Source of the DNA: Podarcis liolepis
Taxonomy: Eukaryota
DNA length: 64,000 bases
Reading direction: 5' to 3' (one strand)
Assembly (NCBI GenBank): GCA_965112155.1
Contig: OZ218101.1
Position numbers and translations under genes: made by a program. Below the pieces are notes generated by a model. That model made no database searches. It was not told where the DNA came from and worked only from the letters and a program-made list of their open reading frames with translations. Shown here piece by piece: positions 36,630 to 50,510 of the stretch (position 1 is its first letter; each line of letters starts with the position of its first letter).

Positions 36630-38761
36630 TTGGTTATTCTTTCAGCTGATTCCCTGGTGGCATCCTGGAATGCGGAGTTAACCAGGGCTATTGACTGTCT
36701 GGCTCTGAAGCGCCCTCTCCAATTGCATGGAGCCCGGACAGCCCCGTGGTTTTCCCCGGAGCTGAGGGTGATGAAACAATCGTTGAGACGGCTAGAGCAC
36801 CGGTGGCGGAAAACTCATTTTGAATAAGACCGGGCACGGGCTAGAGCTCAACGTCGAGCCTACCAAGTGGCAATGGCGACGGTGAAGAGGGCCTTCTTCA
36901 CCGCCTCCATTGCATCTGCAGAAAACAGCAGCAGGCGACTTTTTCAGGTGGTTCGCAATCTATCGGAACCACCTGTACCACCGGGGCCTGGTAGGGACCC
37001 CAAGATCTCCTGCAATGCTTTTGCAAAGTTTTTTGCAGATAAAATTGCTCAGATTCAGAAGGAGGTAGACTCCACCGTGGGAGCAGGGCCAGGGCGGGAG
37101 AGTGCTAGAGTTCTGTCTGGTCCTGTTACATGGGATCAATTCCAATCTGTTACCTCCGAGGATGTGGACAGGCTGCTTGGACAAGTGAAACCGACCACCT
37201 GTCTCCTTGATCCTTGCCCATCCTGGCTGATAAAAGCGAGCCGGGAAGGGCTGGGCGATGGGCTCTGCGGGGTGGTGAATGCTTCCCTCTGTGAAGGGAG
37301 CCTTCCCAGACCCGCTGAAAGAGGCGGTCATTAAACCGCTTCTTTAAAAAACATCTTTAGACCTGGCCAATTTGGCCAACTATCGCCCAGTCTCAAATCT
37401 GCCATTCTTGGGCAAGGTGATTGAGCGGGTGGTTGCTGAACAACTCCAAGCACGCCTGGAGGAAACGAACCATTTGGATCCCTTCCAATTGGGACTCACC
37501 ATGGGACTGAAACTGCCTTGGTCGCGCTGGTTGATGATCTCCGGTGGGCTAGGGACAAAGGTGAGAGCTGTTTCCTAGTTCTGCTGGATCTCTCAGCGGC
37601 CTTTGACACCATCGACCATAACATCCTTCTGGACCGTCTAGAGGGGCTGGGAGCTGGGGGCACTGTCATACAGTGGTTCCGCTCCATCCTCCTGGGCCGT
37701 GTCCAGAAAGTGGTGGTGGGGGATGAGTGTTCAGACCCCTGGGCTCTCACTTGTGGGGTGCCTCAGGGTTGTGTCCTCTCCCCCATGCTTTTTAATATCT
37801 ATATGAAGCCGCTGGGAGAGATCATCAGGGGGTTTGGACTGGGTGTTCATCAGTATGCAGATGACACCCAGCTCTACCTCTCCTTTAAATCAGAACCAGT
37901 GAAGTCGGTGAAGGTCCTGTGTGAGTGCCTGGAGGCGGTTGGAGGATGGATGGCGCCTAACAGATTGAGGTTGAATCCTGACAAGACAGAAGTACTGTTT
38001 TTGGGGGACAGGGAGCGGGTTGGTGTGGGGGATTCCCTGGTCTTGAATGGGGTAACTGTGCCCCTGAAGGACCAGGTGCGCAGCCTGGGAGTCATTTAAC
38101 TCTGCGCAGGTTAACTCTGTGTCCAGGGCAGCTGTCTACCAGCTCCACCTGGTACGCAGGCTAAGACCCTACCTGCCCGCGAACTGTCTCGCCAGAGTGG
38201 TGCATGCTCTAGTTATCTCACGCTTGGACTACTGCAATGCGCACTACGTAGGGCTACCTTTGAAGGTGACCCGGAAACTGCAATTAATCCAGAATGCGGC
38301 AGCTAGACTGGTGACTGGGAGTGGCTGCCGGGACCACATAACACCGGTTCTGAGAGATCTGCATTGGCTCCCAGTATGTTTCCGAGCACGATTCAAAGTG
38401 TTGGTGCTGACCTTTAAAGCCCTAAACAGCCTCGGTCCTGTATACCTGAAGGAGCGTCTCCACCCCCATCGTTCAGCCCGGACACTGAGATCCAGTGCCG
38501 AGGGCCTTCTGGCGGTTCCCTCATTGCGAGAAGTGAGGCTACAGGGAACCAGACAGAGGGCCTTCTCGGTAGTGGCGCCTGCCCTGTGGAACGCCCTCCC
38601 ATCAGATGTCAAAGAGATAAATAATTACCTGACATTCAGAAGACATCTTAAGGCAGCCCTGTTCAGGGAAGTTTTTAATATGTAACGCTGTACTGTTTTT
38701 AACACTGATTGGGAGCCGCCCAGAGTGGCTGGGGAAACTCAGCCAGATGGGCGGGGAATAA

Positions 38762-38813
<52 letters not shown>
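36630..38813 (+). mobile_element. Young 5'-truncated L2/CR1-superfamily LINE; RT-containing ORF2 broken by frameshifts, (TTA)n tail
   Basis: NYRPVSNLPFLGKVIE, LLDLSAAFDTIDH, GVPQG, YADDTQLY, SRLDYCN, LHWLPV motifs across ORFs 36630-38685; CpG-rich; short 3' UTR then ~17 TTA units. Confidence 0.95.
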
Positions 38814-38816
<3 letters not shown>

Positions 38817-38959
38817 GTAGCCTAGAAAATTTATGTTGTTTGTCCTGATACCTGTTTCAACTGATCCTCCTAGAGGAAGGGAGCTGATGCTCACTACAGT
38901 AGCAAGCAACTTTAGGGAACTGATGTACCAACAAACTATATTAAAGATAAAATGTAATA

Positions 38960-39185
38960 CAGTGGTACCTCAGGTTACATACACTTCAGGTTACAGACTC
39001 CGCTAACCCAGAAATAGTACCTCGGGTTAAGAACTTTGCTTCAGGATGAGAACAGAAATTGTGCTCCGGCGGCGCAGTGGCAGCAGAAGGCCTCATTACC
39101 TAAAGTGGTGCTTCAGGTTAAGAACAGTTTCAGGTTAAGAACGGACCTCCAGAACGAATTAAGTACTTAACCCGAGGTACCACTG
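38960..39185. mobile_element. Tc1/mariner MITE, CAGTGGTACCTC family
   Basis: TA-cagtggtacctc...gaggtaccactg-TA with perfect terminal 12-mers. Confidence 0.95.
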
Positions 39186-41129
39186 TAATGTGTTGTGGAC
39201 AAAGTTTCATGCAAGGAAATTTCAGCTATTACAAAGTTACCAACAATTCTGCTAATGTTGGTATTACAAATAAGATATAAACAGTCTACTTTTTGGTTTG
39301 AACTGGCAGCTATACTTAATTTTGTTGTAGTCATTTATAGGCACAAAGATTTAATAAAATCATATCCCTTACTGGCAGCTACTGTATCACCCGTAGAACA
39401 TATTGGCAAGAATAGAGAACGGAAGCTGTGCTAAGCCCTAAAAAGCTAAAAGGGATTAACTTTACACAGAGGAGTTACTAATGAAGACATCATAAAAAAA
39501 GGATAAGAAAAATGGACTGCTGCATATGAAGTTTTTAAAGTTTTCTTTATTTTTCAGTGCATTAATGTTTTCGGTTGTCACTCTGAAATTACTGTCTGGC
39601 TGTTTCTTTAGCAGTGGCAGCATCCAAATGGTGTATAGATCATGTAGATATGATGACAGGTGCGTGTACATATATGTTCTTGGATCTAGCTTACTGCAAA
39701 ATAGAAAGAGTTGTAAAATTGTAATGTTGTATTTTACAATATTTCTGCAGATTAGTCTGAAGACCCAACAAAATTATGTTAAATTATTTTAACTATGAAT
39801 ATGCATGCAGAACAGTACTGTAGCTCTCATAGATTTTCAGATAGTATTGGATCCAGGACTGAGGAGGGCAGCACTCATGCCTTGCCTCCTGGCAGTGGAG
39901 TTGCTGATGTTTACTTGGAGGGGTAAAGTGTGAGAAGTCAGTGCTTGTGGGCACATTGGTGGAGCCAGTCCAGTGCTCCCAATGCACCTGAAAAACGCCA
40001 ACTTTCCCACTGTCTTCCTTCTGCCCTTCCCTCCTGGTAAGTGCCACTATCCCTGCTGCTGGGAGGCCAGACTGCTCTGACTGCTCCTGGCAGGGTCAGA
40101 TACTAAACTAATTTGCGGCCTGTGTTATTCAGCTAGGATTGGTGGTCTTACGATGTTGATTAAAACATCAGAAATTCAAATATTACAGCAGCATTTTAAC
40201 CTGTTGTCTGAAACTAAGTAGGGATGGTGCTATCCTAATTTCTAATGGGAAGGAGTTGACCCTGCTATGCTGAAGGCATGACTCATTGTCAGGAATCATG
40301 GTTCTGGTCCTTGGGAGACCACTAATACTGCTCTCAGATAATTTCAGTGATTGACTTGGGACATATCGGGTGAATGAGTTTAATTCTATGACATGTATGA
40401 TTTTGAGGGTAGCTTTGCACATTACAAGTTTAGAACAAAGAGAAAAAATAATGTTTTTTATAATTCTGTAAAGTATGAGAGAAGTGTTTTACACACAGTG
40501 ACTACGTAGACTGGAGTACTGATGTGCTATGCATTACCAACACTGAGAATCTGTGTCAAAAAAATTGTAATGTGTGAAGTGACCCTTGGTGAAGGTGAGT
40601 ATTTAAGGCATATATACTAGTGTGATAGGGAAAATGGTACCCTTTATCTCTGGTCTGCACTATCGCATTTAATGAGTAAAAAAAGCATCTATTTTCCATT
40701 CCCCCTAAGCTATTGCCTTCTGTTCCTCATGCTTCATTTCAAAATCCATTTGGACAACTGTTAAATATATTAAACCTATCCCCATCTCCATTTATCTAAC
40801 AATTCCACCATTCTTTGCTAGATTCCTCCTGTGTGGTTTCACTACAAATACCTGGTGTGGTGATGTGGGTATTCATACCCTTGCTCAGCAATGAGGTTGA
40901 CTACATTACATTTTCTGGTGGAAAATAATAGGTGGACATAAATAATCAAGAAGGGAAAGATTTAATGGGGCAAAATCTGAGCAGTTAGGCTAGGATGTAA
41001 TTTTTTTTTAAAGGGGCATGAATAGGCTAGATACTGTTCCTCTCACAACTTGATGCAATGTGCCACACAAATACACTTGAATAATTAATGCAAATTGTGC
41101 ATTATCACATGGACTGATAAGTAGCTGGT

Positions 41130-41320
41130 GGAAAGCTATAAATAGAGGGTAGTGATAGGCAGCAATATACACATTTGGAGAAAGATGTCAGTTGGTTTGA
41201 TATAGGGATTTTGTTTGGGCTCTGTTTTATATAACATCTTCATTAATAATCTCCACAAGCGGGTAAACTGCATGCTAATTAAATTCACAGATGACACTAA
41301 GTAGAGAGGTGTTACAAACA
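41130..41320 (+). mobile_element. Degenerate CR1 RT fragment
   Basis: ataacatcttcattaataatct...atgctaattaaattcacagatgacactaag (NIFINNL...KFTDDTK). Confidence 0.65.
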
Positions 41321-43527
41321 TAGGGTGACCAGATTTTCTAAGTGAAAAATCTAGACCACCTGTCATTGCAGGCACACAGAGCAAGTGGTGATTGAGGAAA
41401 GCCCACAAGCATTTGACAACTCTGAATGCGAAAGAAGGAAGGAAGGAAGGAAAAAACAGGCATTCAGTTGCTTTTAAAAAATGTTATTATTTATCATTAC
41501 CACAAGGGCATGATGTGTTAAAAACTGTATTTATTGTGCGCTTGAAAATGGGGAATCATAAATAAGTTTTCAAATGCATAGGATAAGCAAGTGTTCTTTT
41601 TTTATATATAAAAAGAAAGGGCTTGATGCAAGTGTACTATTCCAACTGTGCAAAAGAGAGATAAGGACATGTAAATGCTCACAGGAATCATGTGAAGTGC
41701 TGAGTAATCTGAAATATTCAGCATGGATTTTGTGATTGCATGGATTGGAGCACATTTGTGTGTGTCTCCCTTTGTGGAATGTTGTGCATGGCTCTTTTCC
41801 ATGTGAGCAAAACTTAATGTACATTCAGTGGCATTGCAATGAAAGTTTCAACAATATTACAGAAAGAACCAGAAAATGAAGTCATAGAGTTGTAGTCAAT
41901 GCTGCTGTTCTGCTTATGCAGCAGACTTCCACTTGCATAACTGAACTTCCCTTTCCTTTAACCTGTAGCTCTCTGGAGAATTTTTTTTGGGTGGGATACT
42001 TTGCGGGGAGACGCTAAGAAGGGAAAGCCACATTGCATGAGTGCAATTCCATTTGCACAGTGTTGGGTGCAAGCCTTTGCTTTGGAAACATGTACAGTTC
42101 TGCTGTGTGTTAGAAAGTGTTCACCCCTTAAAGCTAAGAACTTGAAATATCGAACTTATGTTAGGGAACATACAGTAATATGTATAGAGACATTACAAGT
42201 TACAAGTGATTAGATTAGTTGTTTTTTTAATTGAAAACTTATTTGTACAATATTAAAATAAGAGAAGATATGGAACATTTATTAGGTTATTCAAGTACTG
42301 TTTTATCACAGCAGTGTGACAGAATAGCGGTATAATGTGTCCACTAGTTAGATAATGATTGCCTAAATTGTAAAACATATTGAAGATTGGGTTGGCTTTT
42401 CCTGATTCTCCTCTCTATTTAAATGCAGAACTTTATATAATCAAACCTAAGTATAGTTTTCTCCAAAAGCTTACAGCTAACCCTCCTTTGTTAGGTGTTT
42501 GTCCCCCGAATATATTTTGCAAATTGTTTTTACAATTTTCATTTCTGTGTATTACTTGATTACCTTTTCCCTGTATAACTGCTACAATTGCATTATAACA
42601 CAATACAATTGATTTTCTACTGGAATAATTTCTTACTGCAGGTTGCATATTACTAAATATTGAAAATGACTGTTATGTGATGAGCCATGAATGTGGATTC
42701 ATGCTCTGTGTTTTAGACTTTCACCCAAAGTTTGAGGCATTATTACCATCATTTTAGACTTTAATTGTAACATACAAACATCTAAAATTTTAAACTGTTT
42801 TATTTCCCACTGCCTTGAAAAGGAAGTAATTTGACAGATTACCCTGAACCCGTGGGTTAATCAGGACCAGGAGGACATAGCTGAGTTTTAACTGTATTTT
42901 TATTGCTTCTTTTGTTTCTTCTATTTTAATTTATTCTATGGAATTCAAATTGTAACACAATAAAGCAAAATAGAATCGGTGTGTGAGAGAGGGTGGGGAG
43001 AGGGAATGAGAGAGAGAGTAGCAATAAGAATACAGAAAAATCATATGGCTCTAGCAGAGCACATTACAGTTCCTACAACAGGCAGAAAAATCATTAAGTG
43101 GTCAGGCAATACACTCAGCAATTTTCAAGTGGGGTTAAAAATATTTGGGAACTACTAGTGTAAAAGACAATTTTTTAGGGGAAATATTTACTGACACTGA
43201 TCAATATTGATCAGAAACTAGTTTAGTTATACAAACAAAATAAAGTTGGGCATATGTCCTCCAATGTTTTTATATGAAAGGATTGCTGCGCCCTTTCATA
43301 TTTCAAATGAGCTGCTATCATGTTAACTTTCAGTTATTGTTCTGAAGAAATATTATGCAGATAGCCAATTAGTGATGGACAAAATGGCCTTCATGCATCG
43401 CCATGTTTGTAACAAGAAGGGCAACAGTGGAAGTCACGTTCCTATTGAGAACGTTCTGTAGGCCACTGCTAGGCCATGATTAGCCTGACTGTGGAAGACA
43501 ATTGTAGAGGCATCTGCTCAGTTAATT

Positions 43528-43667
43528 NNNNNNNNNNNNNNNNNNNNNNNNNNNNNNNNNNNNNNNNNNNNNNNNNNNNNNNNNNNNNNNNNNNNNNNNN
43601 NNNNNNNNNNNNNNNNNNNNNNNNNNNNNNNNNNNNNNNNNNNNNNNNNNNNNNNNNNNNNNNNNNN
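43528..43667. other. Assembly gap (140 N)
   Basis: Run of N. Confidence 1.
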
Positions 43668-44613
43668 GCAGTGGATTATGGGAGAAGCAGATGCTCCAAT
43701 GAGATAGGAATTAATGTGGCTTTGACAGTCCATCTGGGAAGGCCTCACTATCAAGTACATCCCTAATCTCTCTCTCCATTTATCAATGCCATAATGTTAA
43801 TTAGTACTTCATTCATTAAGTTACTTACAGAGGGGGGAAAAAATCTCACCCCTAGTCTCTCTCTGCTTGAGTATTTGTAATTGTGCCAGGAAACAGGAAC
43901 CTCTCTCTAGCTGAACTAGCTACTGTTGACTCTTATGTTAGACCCATGTAGTTTTCTTCAAGCATGTGACTGCTTTTGGCACAGAGGAAATTTACTAGGC
44001 TTTGTTTTGCAATAAATTTCTCTTCATAAATCCAGCTGCATAGTTATTTGAAGTCCTGTCTTGATCCCTAAAGCACATCAATCCCGAACTACTACTAACA
44101 ACCACCCCGTTTCCACCATTTTAATAAGGTTCTGTATATACTCCACTGTATATAGTTGAATAATATGTTGTTTTATGGCCAAGATGTAGCAATCACATTA
44201 ATGATGAGAGGCAGGTTCTTCCCTGAGGGGTGGAAGGGGGAGCAAGAAAGATTTGTGCATGTGCATGAACACACTGTTGGATAGTTATATTTACTGCACC
44301 TGAAATTCATGACTGATGTTTGCACTGGTCTGCCCTAATTCTGTAGACTAGGACTAACATAAGCGTAGCTGACTTTCTGATGCATTATTTCATCTAAGCA
44401 GCATGCTGCAGGACAAATACTTGCTTTTAGAGAGCCTTAGAATCAGCCAGTTGGATAACTGTGAACACTTGAAAGTAAAAACATGCCCTGAAAAAGAAGC
44501 CACAAATTTTGCTTTGAAAGTCAACTAGTTTTCTGCTTGAAATTTTCTACAAGCTAAAACAGTGTGCTGAAAAGAGCAGCACTTTTTAGAGGCTTGAGTG
44601 GTTAGAAAATGTA

Positions 44614-44619
<6 letters not shown>

Positions 44620-44652
<33 letters not shown>
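44620..44652. repeat. (AC)n microsatellite
   Basis: Directly visible. Confidence 0.95.
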
Positions 44653-44655
<3 letters not shown>

Positions 44656-47600
44656 GCATTTTACAATCAAAGTGTTCCTGAGTAAGATAGACATGGCGAA
44701 CAGTTGCATGCGAGTGGTTGAGTTTCAATAAGCAGCTGAATGGTGCATTCTTCTCAAAAGTTTTCAAGATGCATCTCTCCTTTTGCGGCACCACAGATAA
44801 AAAAAAGCCAGAGTCTGGTTTGTCATGTTTTCCAAACTCAGGCTTAATGTTTGTTTTCCACAAGCAAACCACACATGGTAGTCAATGTTTTCTACTCATT
44901 GTTTGTGTGGAGGCAACAAAATGTGAGCCTAGGTTTGGACAACATAATAAGCTAGGCTTGCGTGACCTGTGGTTTAATGCAACTTGTAACCTTGGCCAAT
45001 GTGTGAGCAATGTGAATAAAGAGTCATTCATTTTCCCATTAATAAATACTGAATTAAGCTCATATCACAATGAAACTACATTTGGAATGTGGACAATGCA
45101 AAATGAACTATTCTCTAATCTTTTACTACATTCCTTCATTGATAAATCATAAGCAGGCTCTTGAGAAAGAGAATAAAAGTGTTGAGACACTGTAATGAAC
45201 TCTGTCATTATATAGTATGGCTTTACTTTAATTCTGAAATTTTACCTTTTGAAAGTTCAAATTATTATCTTTTATTTGGTTAAGATAAAGCCAGTGTGTT
45301 AAAATAAAGAATATTGGTCAAAAGTGCTCCCATATTTTTGAAGACCTGCAGGACTATCTTAATCTTGTTTGAGACAGTGATCTGCCATCATCATTGATCC
45401 CCTTAGCTTCAGTTGCATGCAACATATGTGAATTGTGAAAAGTTTAAATATTGTTATTTTATTTGGGGGCAGAAACAGACAGCATGCATTATGCTTACTG
45501 AAAATATGCAGTCAGTTAATGTTTATGACCTGAAATGGTACCATCTGTTTCCTCAGCCTATCCCTTTCGCTTTACTACTACTTTTAGATCTTATTCACAG
45601 ATTTATTGCCATGGTGGTAAACATGAAGACTGCTTTCCTATTCTGTCACCTTTCATTCCTGTGTCCTTGTGCACTGCTGCTCATGGTGGAACAAAATGGA
45701 TTAAATAAATCACACCATGGGTAAAAGCTTTTAAAGGAAGCTTTGTCATAGCTGTACACTGAAGCATTATACAATTTCTGCTTTGTGATGGCACTGTGGT
45801 GTACATTAATGGAAGCAGAAAAGATATTAAGTCAATTTAAAAAATTAAGACAAAAACATTGACCTAGAAGATGTATGAAATGGTGCCACCTTTTGAACAG
45901 AACAAACAAGATACCAGGCTTAGAAAAAAGAAATGTTATACATACATGCTGTATAAGTAAGATTATTGTCATTCTTCAGAGAAATCTGATGTGCTTAGTG
46001 AAATAGAAATTGTAACCTGGAACATTCATCAAAAACTCCAGTGAGACACTATACTAGTGCTTTCAAATTGAAGTTATTACATGTGACATTCCTGGTATCT
46101 GCCAACCTTGACTGTAACTCAATGAAGCAGGAGAGCTGAGGAAAAATCAGTAAGTACTGTCTAAACAAGTGCCAAGAGTTGGCATAGTGAATCAGTGTGT
46201 GTGTTCTGTCATCAGGCCCAAGGGCATTCCATTTAATCCTGATGGCAGAAATGAGTGTTAAGAGTTGAGCATTACAGGCCAAAAGAATAAATAACTGGGT
46301 TTATATTGAATAGGCAGTGGTGGGAGGGCATCATCAGCAAGAAAGAATCACATTGACTGTGAAAAGAGAAGAAGAAAGATGGTGGTTCCAGACTGAATAA
46401 AGAAATGCAGCACTTGTTAGCCCAGGTCCTGGCTGCTGAGGAAGCTGGCAATATTGGCTTGTCATCATAGCAACATCAGAAATGATTAAAGGTGATATCA
46501 TTCAGCATTCTGATTCCCACAATGACCACATAGAGTTTTCTCGGAAGCACAGAATCAGCACATGAAGGCAGTTTTACTGTAGCAAATCACAGAGGAAGCT
46601 TGTATAGAACACCTGGAATACATCTGTCATGCAGTTTCCCCTATAAGTCTGCTTTCCACATTACATTTTTAAAACATGAGAGTTTTCTCTGAATCATATT
46701 CAGAACCATATCTAGAAATCTCTTGGTAATGCTAATGATATTTTTAAATAGTGGCATCAGATGAGCATTCTGCCAGATACTGAATGGGATCTGTAATCTG
46801 AGGTAATTAGGCATATCAGAGTTGTTGTAAGACATTTTCAGTGTAAAATATGATTCACAGTAAAGTTGTAGTGTTTCCATATTAGATATGCATTCATTGT
46901 TGAGCACTGTCAAATACTCAAAAGTTACTTTATATCTTCCTGAACTATATGCTGTCTTCTACCTAGCAAACTATTGTCTTTACTAATATGCAACACTTGG
47001 TTCTTTTGACTAGAAAATGCATTACTGTGATAGTGACTTTCAGTGTTGGGCAAAATATTCAGCTCATAACTCCAATACTTTGCTGATAGCAACTTAGCAC
47101 CCCTGCTTCTACAGTTTTCCACAGCAGATTTGGCTGTGTAGATTCCTGTTCCATAAGTGTATTGTTTCCTTGGTAGTCGGAGTTTCATTGATTGGTTCCC
47201 TGTCATAAGGTATATTTTCCAGAAGTATAACCATTATTCAATGTCTTTCATCTGGACATGTGAAGTGTGACATTTGAAAAGTATAGACTTCCAGTTGACC
47301 TTGGATAATACACATGTTTTATCCATGAAAATTTCACATGTGGAATTCACCACTTGATGCTGTAGTCAGTGCATGATGAATGTGCCATTCTGAACAGAAC
47401 CATTCAGGTAACCTTTCTATCTGCTTGTGTTGATTTACCAGTTAATTTAAAAATCAGTTATTTACATTTATTTAAAGTTGAACTGCTGTTAGTGGTTCCA
47501 TTAGGGCAGGAGACTTCAGGACCGAACAGCCCTAGGAGATGCTTTACACTAGCAAGAATTACAGGACAATAGTAGTTGTGCCTGTCACTATCTTAATTTC

Positions 47601-47726
47601 CCCAGAGTGGTTTCCACTCTGGAAAACAAAGTTAGCAGCAGATGAGTATGACTGGAGGCAGTTGGGTTGGCACTTGGTTCCACAGTACTAGCTGCTGTAA
47701 CATAACTGGTGTTAGAATAAGAATAA

Positions 47727-47732
<6 letters not shown>

Positions 47733-47787
<55 letters not shown>
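47733..47787. repeat. (ATT)n microsatellite
   Basis: About 18 perfect units. Confidence 0.95.
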
Positions 47788-47788
<1 letters not shown>

Positions 47789-48783
47789 CCAGTTCCTGTC
47801 AGTGCCACCTATTAAGTGTGCCGGAAAGCAGATTGACAGGGTGACTATGGTAGTTGTCCCACCAGTTCCCTGCCTGAACTGAACAGCTCACCTGCCGCTA
47901 ATGACTATAGGCCATCACTATCTACATCACTATTAAGTAGTGGGTATAGGTTTACAGCTTAACTATATCCTACTACATTAGTAAAACAGGGCAACAAACA
48001 TACACAACAAAACCAAAACACTCCAGTTCAGTGTGCATCATCAGTGTGAAAGATGCATATTTGAAAGATATGTTGATGTTGATTTCAAGTGAAAACTGTC
48101 TACTTTGGTTGCATGTGGTTTTTATTGTTGGAAGGAAAACATAGTAGTTTCACCCTCAAGGCAAGCCATCTGCTACCTTTGGATACAAAATGGAACAAAA
48201 AGGCATCTTCAAGTTTATTTTTTCCTCAGATTTGGAGCAGGAAGGAAAGAGTTGGCATGGCAGAAGGCTCTTATCAATAAAAGTGTTTACATGAAGATAG
48301 GAATGGAGAGATTCACATTTTTAATTTGTAACAACATTCAGTTGATGAATTTCTGCATTAATGAATTGAAATTTGAATGAAGTGTGTATGTTAGTAGGGC
48401 CTCTCTCGCACATGCAAATTTGCTGCTCCCTATACCTTAGAGCCTGCTATGTTCATGGGACACTGGGGGCCCACTGGCTCTGGTGATGCGTCTTGCTGCT
48501 CTGGTTCTCCTCGCCATGCTCCATCACCCTGTGAGAACTTCCTTCCCCATCCCCTGCTTGCCCTGGTGTGCCCTAGTCCCAGCTCACTAAGATCCCCTTC
48601 CTCCTCGCTGTTGTCCTGCCAGTTCATTACATCAGTGTATGTTGGTTTTTCAGAACTCAACCTATGAGAAGAAAAGGTATATTTGTATTGAGCAGACTGG
48701 CAGCATTTTTCAACTGTAACAACTGCTCTAAACATGCAATATCAGTTCTCATATAGTTCTAAGATTTTTTATGATGCTGTATG

Positions 48784-49204
48784 TGTCAGGGAAGAGTTAG
48801 AAGTTTTCAGTTTATCAGAGGGAGAAAGCATTCCCCAAGGGGGGAAGGAGAGCAGTGAATCTAATAGAAGGGAGCAAGAGGAACAACAGGGAGGGACCGG
48901 CTGTTCCCAGGAAAGGCAAGGGTTAAGTTCTAGCTCAGATTCGGAGGAGGGGAGATACAGGCCAGCTCTAGCCAGGAGGTTAGAAAAAAGAGCGGGAAAG
49001 CGAAGGGAAGGGCGCCTTCGCCATTTTGAGAGTGGCTGGTCATGGAGAAGCAGAGCTCAGAAGGTATCTGAAATAAGTGACTCTGAGGAATAATAGTTAA
49101 GAACCGTTTATAGGAATGTTTTGTTAATACGCAATAAAATTTTTTATAAAAGAACAAGAAGCGTTTGTGTGGTGATCTGAAGAGGACAACGACCAGTCCT
49201 GACA
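48784..49204 (+). mobile_element. Solo LTR (421 bp), probably Ty3/Gypsy-type
   Basis: TGTCAGG...CCTGACA inverted termini, perfect 5-bp TSD GTATG (48779-83, 49205-09), AATAAA at ~49133 on the + strand. Confidence 0.88.
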
Positions 49205-50510
49205 GTATGGGTTGCACAAATATTAGTAATCAGCCCAGGGAACTTTGGTGACTGGGTTGTCTAGAATTGGTATAAATAAATAAGTACTATTTCTCCCAAA
49301 ACTGTTATAGCCACTCAGAAAACATTAATTTTAGCCTTGATGCGACAAGTGGGCATGCCTTAAGTCAATTTCTAGATGTTTGAGCCAATCTGCCCTTGTG
49401 ATTAAGTATCATTGAATCTAATTACCGTATATTTTAGAAAAATATGTGAAGTTATGGTCATATTAACTTGCTTTTTGTTATTGCTGTTAAGATGTAATAG
49501 ATCTCTGGTTTCCAGAAGATGTTACCAGTAAAGAAGCTTAATAAACCAAAGTTTTATCAAATAAATTGGAAAGGCACGAAGGTTTTTAAAAGCAGTTTAT
49601 TAGAATGAATAAAATGGTTACCTTTTCTCTCTGATACAGGTTAAGTATTTGAATTGGCAAGATGCACAGCCACTTGTAATGCCTTTTCAGTATACATTTA
49701 ACAAAAAATAATGTGTTTGAGTTTTCATAAATGAAATATGCAATGAAAACAGTTTACATTTCAGGCTGCAAGAGTAAGTTATAAATAAGTGTTAAAACCT
49801 AACAATTTATTTTTGCCTTTCATGTGAAATCTTACTGCTTTTGTGTATAGGTGCAGATTCTTGCTTGTATAGCAAATGAGTGTGGTGGGGTTTTTTTTTT
49901 TAGTATCCTGCAAAAGTGTGATAACAGTGCTGCAATTTTCCTTTCAAAATAAGAGTCTCGATAGAGAGTTGGTTAGCAACAGCTAGGGTGTGCATATCAA
50001 GTTAATGCACCTTACAATAAGCTTGATTAGGCTAGCCCATAGTCCGCAAGGATATATGAGCAATACATATTTCAAATATCAATAAAAAATGTGATTCTTA
50101 ATTGAAGTCACTTAAAATATTACTAGCATTATTCAGAAAACCAATACTAGAAACCAAATATTTCTTAGAAGTGGACATGCCCCTCAGATAGTAGTATCTG
50201 AGACTTATTCCTAGTCTCTGATATTTGGGAAAGACTGCTATGAAGTTGCTGTCTAGTTTCTATCATGTATTAATTACAGGGATATGTGACGAAATAGACT
50301 ATAAAGAGGGTTGCTGGGGAAAGCTGGTTTCACCTAGTGATTGTTTGCTTTGTATGTAGTTTTCCCTATTCCCAAATATATACACAAATTTGTTGTTTTG
50401 AGTTCAGTGCCAGCTGCACTCCTTTATACCATTGAGCAACTTTCTGACCTTGAGGTATTTGTGTATGACTCTATCAATGTGGCAAATAAGTGCAGTCCTG
50501 AACACAGCTA

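Noticed and set aside
36630-38685. Reverse transcriptase as a possible retron, group II intron or novel RT system
   Set aside because: Motifs, 3' UTR, microsatellite tail and multiple relatives in the window identify an ordinary frameshifted L2-type LINE.
43476-43766. ORFs containing X runs
   Set aside because: Artefacts of the N gap.
48734-49093. 119-aa Glu/Arg/Ser-rich ORF
   Set aside because: Runs through the purine-rich interior of the solo LTR; compositional artefact.
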